From Candidatus Woesearchaeota archaeon (GTDB lineage: Archaea; Nanobdellota; Nanobdellia; Woesearchaeales; ARS49): a stretch of 64,000 bases of DNA. Shown one piece after another: positions 57,905 to 64,000 of this stretch. The notes beneath the pieces were generated by a model. It worked only from the letters and a program-made list of their open reading frames with translations, was not told the origin of the DNA and ran no database searches. Numbering within the stretch: position 1 is the stretch's first letter; the number at the start of each line of letters is the position of its first letter. Position numbers and translations under genes: made by a program. The stretch spans positions 15,051 through 79,050 of the forward strand of contig JACPID010000021.1 of the NCBI GenBank assembly GCA_016188265.1, in the 5' to 3' direction.

Positions 57905-57985
57905 AGCGTGTATCACCACATAATTAGTATAATCATGTGGTGTTTTTTTTTTAAGTTTGCTTGTATAACACGCTCTCAGCAACAA
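57905..57985. promoter_or_regulatory. Nested palindromes in the divergent hjc / phoU-like intergenic region
   Basis: AGAGCGTGT...ACACGCTCT (9 bp) encloses CCACAT-12nt-ATGTGG followed by a T9 run. Confidence 0.35.
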
Positions 57986-58128
57986 CACCCCACGAATTTT
58001 TTACCAATAAGCCATTTAGACTATTGGTTATATTCTTTAGTGTGGAAACGCTTATATATAGATTAACCATATAATATATATAGCATATAATAGGAAGATG
58101 CAGAAAGCACCTTTCTCTGAAAATAAAA

Positions 58129-59073
58129 ATGGTAGAGTTCAGAAAACTGATAAGTTTTGGAAAAAGCTCTTTTGTTATTTCTGTGCCAAAAAATTGGATT
58201 GGAAAAAACCAACTTGAAAAGGGGGATATAGTTTATATTGAAGAACACGGGCATAATCTCATAATTAGTTCTAGAGAAAAAGAAAGTTCAAAGCCTGAAA
58301 AAAAGATTTCAATTACTACAGATGGAAAAGAAATTGGCTTATTAAAAGCAGAAATAGTTTCTGCATACCTTGGAAATTGTGATTTAATTGAAATCAAAGG
58401 GCAGGATCTTGCAAAAAAAGCAACATTCATGAAAGATATTTTGCAAAATCTTCCAGGAGTTGAATTACTAGAACAAAGCAGTACACGTATTTTAACAAAA
58501 GATATTCTTGATATAAAAGAGATATCAATTGATAGCTTAATTAGAAGAATTGATATAATAACAAGAAGCATGTTAGAGGATGCAACAACATTCCCTCATG
58601 AAGATTTTCACGAGAGTGTTTATCAAAGAGATGTTGAGGTTAACCGGCTTGTTCTGCTTGCAAAAAGAGTTTTGCGTTCTGCAGTACTAGATAATAATAT
58701 TGCACGTTCTCTTGGTTTGGACACTTTTTCATTATTTCAGCAATGGCAATTAGTAACTTGCCTTGAACTTGCTGCCGACGAGATTAAGCGTGTATCACGA
58801 TTATTTAAAGAGTTGCATGTTAAAGAAATAGAAATTAAGCCCTTTGAAAAACTTAATGAAATGATGAAAGAAGCTTATTTGGAAGTTATGAAAGCATATC
58901 ATACAAAAGATTCTAATTTAGCATATACTATTGAACTTTCATCAAAAAAAAGAATGAAGCTTCTTCAAACAATTATTAAAAAAAATAAAAATAACAGTGT
59001 TATAAGATTACTTTACCACATGAGATGTTTCAACGGAATTATTAGAGATGTAGGCAGAGTGATAATGAATTGA
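58129..59073 (+). CDS. PhoU-domain regulator with N-terminal AbrB/SpoVT-like domain
   Basis: N-terminal SFVISVPKNWIGKNQLEKGDIV (swapped-hairpin) followed by two helical PhoU-like repeats. Confidence 0.45.
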   Translation: MVEFRKLISFGKSSFVISVPKNWIGKNQLEKGDIVYIEEHGHNLIISSREKESSKPEKKISITTDGKEIGLLKAEIVSAYLGNCDLIEIKGQDLAKKATFMKDILQNLPGVELLEQSSTRILTKDILDIKEISIDSLIRRIDIITRSMLEDATTFPHEDFHESVYQRDVEVNRLVLLAKRVLRSAVLDNNIARSLGLDTFSLFQQWQLVTCLELAADEIKRVSRLFKELHVKEIEIKPFEKLNEMMKEAYLEVMKAYHTKDSNLAYTIELSSKKRMKLLQTIIKKNKNNSVIRLLYHMRCFNGIIRDVGRVIMN

Positions 59074-59121
59074 GTAAAGTTTAAATAATAGCTTAATTTT
59101 AAAACAATTATTTGTAAAGAG

Positions 59122-59715
59122 GTGAATTCAATGAAAAAAACAATTCTCATTTTTATTTCAGTTTTTCTTTTAATTTTAGCAGCATGCGCTAAAGCACCAA
59201 AGGATTGTGGTAATGATGCGCAATGCATTGAAGAATCTATTCTTAAAGGAGAAATGGCAACAGCTACATTAACAGAAGAAAGCAAGCAAACTGGCGCAAG
59301 CCAAGGAACTATGACTGTGCTTGTTAAATCTGAAGGATTGCAAGAAGGAAAACATGTAGTATATCAAGAAATACAAAATGTTAATGTTCAATTACCACAG
59401 CCAGAAGCTCTTCCAGAAAGCGCAACTGAAGGAGAGAAAAAGCAGCAGGAACTTCTTAACTCAGTTATGAAAGAAATGGGCGCTCTTGTTCAAAAAATGC
59501 AAGGAACCTGGGTAAGATGCAGATTAACGCCAGAATCATTAAAATCAGGTATTGAGCAAGCATTAAATGATGCAATGGAGCAAAGTCTTGATCCAACAAC
59601 ATTAAAACCAGTTGCAAATTCAGCATGTGAAGGAACATTCTTAACTGTAATGGCAGATATGTTAAGAGCAGTTCAGAACTTATTGCAACAAGCACTTGCA
59701 CCATTAGCAAATTAA
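59122..59715 (+). CDS. lipoprotein, hypothetical
   Basis: Lipobox ILAAC; the mature part is helical. Confidence 0.35.
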   Translation: MNSMKKTILIFISVFLLILAACAKAPKDCGNDAQCIEESILKGEMATATLTEESKQTGASQGTMTVLVKSEGLQEGKHVVYQEIQNVNVQLPQPEALPESATEGEKKQQELLNSVMKEMGALVQKMQGTWVRCRLTPESLKSGIEQALNDAMEQSLDPTTLKPVANSACEGTFLTVMADMLRAVQNLLQQALAPLAN

Positions 59716-59721
59716 AAAAAA

Positions 59722-60075
59722 AAAGTTGTTGGGTGTGAATAAGCTTCCTTTTGTCAGCTCCCGAAAACACTGATTATATTGCAACAGTGTTTCCCAGTTT
59801 CCTGGGAATGGACGAGCTGTCTTCGCATTCGACTAAGCGTCTTAAAGACTTGCACTGGCTAGGATTAGTCCGTTTCACCAACAGGTCAAGAAACGTCTGC
59901 TGTGTTTTTGCTGTCGCCAGCATAGGTCAGCTTTCATTCTGCTCTTGATGTGTTTGTTTCTGTGACAGAGCCCTCCATTACTGAAGCTCGTCTTGCAACG
60001 AGTAGCCTTTTAATAGTGGGAAGACTTTCCTCAGGCATTAAATGTCCGCAGCGAAGTACGCACCCAACAAAACAA
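59722..60075 (-). ncRNA. rnpB: RNase P RNA (divergent), minus strand
   Basis: On the minus strand: a P1 helix GUUGGGUG/CACCCAAC closes the ends; GAGGAAAGUC is CR-I-like; GGUGAAACGG is CR-II-like; ACAAAAGGAAGCUUAU is a P4 3'-strand-like element that pairs with AAGUCUUCC leaving a bulged U. A poly-U terminator follows. Regional GC is elevated. Folded by eye only. Confidence 0.55.
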
Positions 60076-60256
60076 TTTATAATTATCTTGTTTTTAAAGC
60101 TTTTGTTTTTTTATATTTATCTCTGCGAAATATTTATAAATACATCCCTATTCAACGACAATTAAGGGCGAGAATGGGAGAGCTAACTTTCTATCACTGA
60201 CTAACAAGTTAATGAATAGATGTGACTCTTTTGTTAATCGCAAAACATGATGATAT

Positions 60257-60377
60257 GCCCTGGTAGTGTAGCGGCCTATCATGAAGCCCTGTCGAGGTTT
60301 AACCTCAGATAGGCTTCGACCCGGGTTCGAATTGGTCTGTAGTATTACTACAAATCAAGAAGGTCCCGGCCAGGGCG
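60257..60377 (+). tRNA. tRNA-Asp(GUC) with two introns (16 nt at 37/38; 32 nt in the T-arm after the T-loop)
   Basis: Acceptor GCCCTGG/CCAGGGC+G; anticodon stem AAGCC/GGCTT; loop CUGUCG[intron]A; T-arm CCGGG-TTCGAAT-[32-nt intron with TGTAGTA/TACTACA hairpin]-CCCGG. Mature length is 73 nt. Confidence 0.7.
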
Positions 60378-60387
60378 TTAAAAGAAA

Positions 60388-60485
60388 GGGCCGGTAGCTT
60401 AGCCTGGTAGAGCACCTGACTTTTAATCAGGTGGTCGCGAGTTCGAAACAGTTTACAAAAAACTGTGAATGTCTCGTCCGGCCCG
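60388..60485 (+). tRNA. tRNA-Lys(UUU) with a ~24-nt intron in the T-arm
   Basis: Acceptor GGGCCGG/CCGGCCC+G; D-arm GCTT-AGCCTGGTA-GAGC; anticodon arm CCTGA-CTTTTAA-TCAGG; T-arm GCGAG-TTCGAAA-[intron CAGTTT..AAACTG hairpin]-CTCGT. Confidence 0.75.
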
Positions 60486-60511
60486 TCCCTTTCCAAAATC
60501 TCAAGTACCAA

Positions 60512-60748
60512 ATGTCAAAAATCGACATCACCCAACATGTGCTTGTTCCAAAGCACAGTAAAGTATCAGAAAAAGAAAAGAAAGAACTTCTTCAAAAGTA
60601 TAGTTTAACCCTTAAAGAACTTCCAAAAATATTGAGTAATGATACAGCACTAAAATCCCTCGACGTCCAAGAAGGGGATGTTGTTAAAATTGAAAGAAAC
60701 AGTTTAACTGCAGGAAAATCTATTTTTTACAGGAGGGTTGCTTTATGA
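60512..60748 (+). CDS. rpoH: DNA-directed RNA polymerase subunit H (Rpb5 homologue)
   Basis: MSKIDITQHVLVPKHSKVSEKEKKELLQKY...IERNSLTAGKSIFYRRV matches RpoH. The start is taken downstream of tRNA-Lys. Confidence 0.85.
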   Translation: MSKIDITQHVLVPKHSKVSEKEKKELLQKYSLTLKELPKILSNDTALKSLDVQEGDVVKIERNSLTAGKSIFYRRVAL

Positions 60749-62232
60749 TTAATTATCAGCATCTTTTAATTAAAAAATTTTTTGATAAAAATAATTTTGT
60801 TCTTTCAGATATTGAATCTTTTAATTATTTTATTGATCATGAAATGCAAAAGATAGTTGATGAAAATAAGGATGTTGAACCAACAATTATTCCTCCTGAA
60901 GTAGAAAGCTTCAAAATAAGGTTAGATAATATTTGGATAACAAAACCTGAAATAACTGAAGCTGATGGAAGCAAACGCGCGATTTATCCTATTGAAGCCA
61001 GGCTTAGAAATTTAAGTTATTCTTCTCCGATTTTTATGGAAATAAGTTCACATATTAATGATGTTCAGCGTGAAAGTTTTACAACACAAATTGGAAACAT
61101 GCCAATAATGTTGCACAGCAAATACTGTCATTTAAATAAATTAAATAAAGAGCAACTTATTGAAAAAGGCGAAGATCCTTATGATCAAGGAGGATACTTT
61201 ATTATTAATGGAACAGAACGTGTTTTAGTTAAAATAGAAGATCTTGCATCTAATTCTATTCTTGTTGAACGTACTTCAACAGGACCAAGTAAGTATGTTG
61301 GAAAAATGTTCTCAGAACAAGGCCCTTTTAAAATTCCACATACATTTGAAAGATTAAAAGACGGTATTTTCTATTTGAGTTTCACAAGAGTTAAGCGAGT
61401 ACCGATAATTTTAGTTCTCAAAGCATTAGGCCTGCTTAAAGATGAAGAAATAATGCAAGTCATATCAAAAGAAAAACAATATGATGAAGTTTTGATTAAC
61501 TTGTTTGAATTTGTAGGTATTAAAAATGCAGATGATGCTCAAGATTTTTTAGCAAGAAAAATAGGAATAACTCAAACAAGAGAAATAAGATTGCAAAGAA
61601 TGCAAGAGCTTCTTGATAAATTCTTACTTCCGCATGTTGGAACAACAAGAGAAGATCGTATTTTCAAAGCATACAACATTTGTAAATTGTTAAAAAAATA
61701 TATTGCAGTAAGCCAAGGTGAAAGTAGAGTTGATGATAAAGATCACTACATGAATAAAAGAATTAAAATGAGCGGAGATTTACTTGGCGACTTATTTAGA
61801 ATGAATCTTAAAGTACTTATTGGCGACTTGCTTTATAATTTCCAGCGTATTGTTAAAAGAGGAAAATTTCCGAGCATTCGTGTTATAATTCGCGATAAAT
61901 TACTAACATCAAGAATTTATAGTTCAATGGCCACAGGAAATTGGGTTGGTGGCCGTAAAGGAATTTCTCAAAGAATACAAAGGCATAATTATCTTGATAC
62001 ATTAAGCCACTTGCAGCGTGTTGCAAGCCCTTTATCAAATACTCAAGAAAACTTTGGTGCAAGAGAATTACACCCAACTCATTTAGGAAGATTGTGCCCT
62101 AGTGAAACACCTGAAGGAACAAATATTGGCTTAAAGAAAAATTTTGCACTGCTGACAAGTGTAACAAGCGAGATTCCTGAACAAGAAGTTTTAAAATTAT
62201 TAACAAGCTCTGGATTGAAAAGCATTCGTTAA
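60745..62232 (+). CDS. rpoB2: DNA-directed RNA polymerase subunit B'' (N-terminal half of Rpb2)
   Basis: 495 aa. Protrusion/lobe region motifs (GYFIINGTERVLV, PIILVLKALG). Overlaps the rpoH stop (ATGA). Confidence 0.9.
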   Translation: MINYQHLLIKKFFDKNNFVLSDIESFNYFIDHEMQKIVDENKDVEPTIIPPEVESFKIRLDNIWITKPEITEADGSKRAIYPIEARLRNLSYSSPIFMEISSHINDVQRESFTTQIGNMPIMLHSKYCHLNKLNKEQLIEKGEDPYDQGGYFIINGTERVLVKIEDLASNSILVERTSTGPSKYVGKMFSEQGPFKIPHTFERLKDGIFYLSFTRVKRVPIILVLKALGLLKDEEIMQVISKEKQYDEVLINLFEFVGIKNADDAQDFLARKIGITQTREIRLQRMQELLDKFLLPHVGTTREDRIFKAYNICKLLKKYIAVSQGESRVDDKDHYMNKRIKMSGDLLGDLFRMNLKVLIGDLLYNFQRIVKRGKFPSIRVIIRDKLLTSRIYSSMATGNWVGGRKGISQRIQRHNYLDTLSHLQRVASPLSNTQENFGARELHPTHLGRLCPSETPEGTNIGLKKNFALLTSVTSEIPEQEVLKLLTSSGLKSIR

Positions 62233-62240
62233 TTGAAAAA

Positions 62241-64000
62241 ATGGCAACAACAGAAGTATACTTAAATGGAAAATATACAGGAGATATTGAAAATAAAGAA
62301 GAGTTTATTGCTGCAATAAAAAGCGAACGTTTTAAAGAACCCTTTGCAGGACGCCTTAACATTTATTATAATGAAGAATTAAACAGAGTTTTTGTTGAAT
62401 CTTCGAGGGGCAGAGCAACCCGTCCATTAATTGTTGTAAAAAATGGCATTCCATTGCTGACAGAGAGGCATATCAAACAACTTCATAAAAATGAATTATC
62501 TTGGACTGATCTTGTTCAACAAGGAATTATAGAATATCTTGACACAGCTGAAGAAGAAACTGCATTAGTTGCTTTTACTGAGCGTGAAATCACTCCTGAC
62601 CATACTCATTTAGAAATTTCTCCACTAGCCATGCTTGGATTAATTTCCGCACTTGTTCCTTATGGTAATTTTACACAATCTTCTAGATTAAGCATTGGTG
62701 CAAAAAACCAAAAACAATCAATAGGATTGTATACTACAAATTATCATGTCCGTATGGATATGGATGTGAACTCATTGCATACTCCTCAAAAACCAATTGT
62801 TAAAACAGTAATGCATGACTTGGCAGATTATGATAAACATCCTGCAGGACAAAATATTGTTGTTGCAGTTATGAATTATAAAGGATACAATATGGAAGAC
62901 GCTATTATTCTGAATAAAGGAAGCATTGAACGTGGATTTGGAAGATCAACATATTTCCGTCCTGCGATTGCTGAAGAATTAAGATATTCTGGTGGTTTAA
63001 TGGATCAAATTTGCATTCCAGATAAAGATATTAAAGGGTATAAAAGTGAGAAAGATTACAAATTACTTGAAGGTGATGGAATTGTTTATCCTGAAGCACA
63101 AGTAAGTGAAGATAATGTTGTAATTGGAAAAACAAGCCCTCCTCGTTTCTTAAGTTCTCTTGACGAGTATAGTTTGGCTAGCAATATAAGAAGAGAGAGT
63201 AGTATGGCTTTAAAACATGGTGAACAAGGAGTTGTTGATTTTGTTGTAATTACAGAAAATGAAGAAGGAAACAAACTTGTACAAGTTAGAATTCGTGATC
63301 AAAGAATTCCTGAAGTAGGTGATAAATTTACTTCAAGACATAGCCAAAAAGGAGTTATTGGATTTATTTTCCCTGAAAGCGATCTGCCATTTACATCTAG
63401 AGGGATTGTTCCTGATTTAATATTTAGTCCTCATAGTGTTCCGAGTCGTATGACTATTTCACACTTACTTGAATTAATAGGCGCAAAAACAGGTTCTCTT
63501 GCAGGAAGGCATGTTAATGGAACAACTTTTGATTCAGAACCTGAAGAAAAATTAAGAAAAGAATTGCTTGAATTAGGATTTAGAGATGATGGAACTGAAA
63601 TAATGTACAATGGATTAACAGGCGAACGCTTCCATGCACGAATATTTGTTGGAAACATGTATTATCTCAAACTCAAACATATGGTAGCAAATAAAATACA
63701 TTCACGTGCTCGCGGCCCAATCCAGCTTTTAACACGCCAGCCAACAGAGGGACGTGCTAAAGAAGGAGGGCTGCGCCTTGGAGAAATGGAAAAAGATACA
63801 TTTGTTGCACATGGTGCATCACTTTTGCTTAAAGAAAGATTTGACAGCGACAAAACAGCAATACCTGTTTGTGAATCATGCGGATTAACTGCAATTCAAG
63901 ATGCATTAAAAGATAAACGTTTCTGTCCAGTTTGTGGAGACTCAGTTGAGATAAGTGATATTGAAGTAAGTTATGCTTTTAAACTCATTCTTGATGAGTT
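62241..64000 (+). CDS. rpoB1: DNA-directed RNA polymerase subunit B' (C-terminal half of Rpb2), partial, continues past the window end
   Basis: MATTEVYLNGKY...GRATRPLIVVKNG..., hybrid-binding motifs (GDKFTSRHSQKGV) and the Zn-ribbon CESCG...CPVCG near the end. No stop within the window. Confidence 0.9.
   Translation, partial: MATTEVYLNGKYTGDIENKEEFIAAIKSERFKEPFAGRLNIYYNEELNRVFVESSRGRATRPLIVVKNGIPLLTERHIKQLHKNELSWTDLVQQGIIEYLDTAEEETALVAFTEREITPDHTHLEISPLAMLGLISALVPYGNFTQSSRLSIGAKNQKQSIGLYTTNYHVRMDMDVNSLHTPQKPIVKTVMHDLADYDKHPAGQNIVVAVMNYKGYNMEDAIILNKGSIERGFGRSTYFRPAIAEELRYSGGLMDQICIPDKDIKGYKSEKDYKLLEGDGIVYPEAQVSEDNVVIGKTSPPRFLSSLDEYSLASNIRRESSMALKHGEQGVVDFVVITENEEGNKLVQVRIRDQRIPEVGDKFTSRHSQKGVIGFIFPESDLPFTSRGIVPDLIFSPHSVPSRMTISHLLELIGAKTGSLAGRHVNGTTFDSEPEEKLRKELLELGFRDDGTEIMYNGLTGERFHARIFVGNMYYLKLKHMVANKIHSRARGPIQLLTRQPTEGRAKEGGLRLGEMEKDTFVAHGASLLLKERFDSDKTAIPVCESCGLTAIQDALKDKRFCPVCGDSVEISDIEVSYAFKLILDE

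Noticed and set aside
59722-60075. SRP (7S) RNA as an alternative identity for the structured GC-rich element
   Set aside because: The minus strand carries CR-I-like, CR-II-like and P4-like RNase P motifs with end-to-end P1 pairing, and no convincing helix-8 GGAA/AGCA SRP motif. RNase P is favoured, but only a covariance search can settle it.
59751-60165. ORFs 59751..59948 (+) and 59950..60165 (+) predicted by the six-frame track
   Set aside because: They lie entirely within the GC-rich segment that folds as RNase P RNA on the opposite strand. They have no RBS or promoter context and no protein-like composition, so they are treated as spurious.
1-64000. CRISPR arrays, cas genes and rRNA genes
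   Set aside because: No regularly spaced short direct repeats with unique spacers, no Cas-like ORFs, and no rRNA-like conserved stretches were seen anywhere in the window.

Overview
This is an AT-rich window (roughly 30% GC by eye) that is clearly archaeal. It carries the rpoH-rpoB''-rpoB' operon start, ribosomal protein L21e with RpoF, an Hjc-like resolvase, an archaeal-type CCA-adding enzyme and an archaeal-type triosephosphate isomerase. All three tRNAs contain introns: tRNA-Asp has two, tRNA-Lys and tRNA-Asp each have one in the T-arm, and a probable tRNA-Trp has a 50-nt canonical intron. A divergent RNase P RNA lies on the minus strand under two spurious ORFs. Together these point to a small-genome, DPANN-like archaeon. 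Housekeeping content: PolX, Nudix, an S2P protease, grpE-dnaK-dnaJ with two interleaved HAD genes, ThrRS, HisRS, PEP synthase, PIMT, endonuclease V, an IscS-like cysteine desulfurase, a thioredoxin and a ZIP transporter. Accessory content: an extracytoplasmic disulfide-bond cluster (VKOR, DsbA-like, Trx-like, CcdA) alongside several Cys-rich secreted proteins and pilin-like proteins. There are also five toxin-antitoxin-like loci, including HEPN/MNT and a decayed VapC. Three intergenic repeat families with nested hairpins are present, as is a GC-rich integrase 3' fragment. A tight 8-gene minus-strand operon encodes Hjc, an 848-aa tandem metallophosphoesterase coiled-coil protein, an AAA+ ATPase, two secreted trypsin-like proteases and a TPR protein. 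No CRISPR array, rRNA or intact transposase is present.
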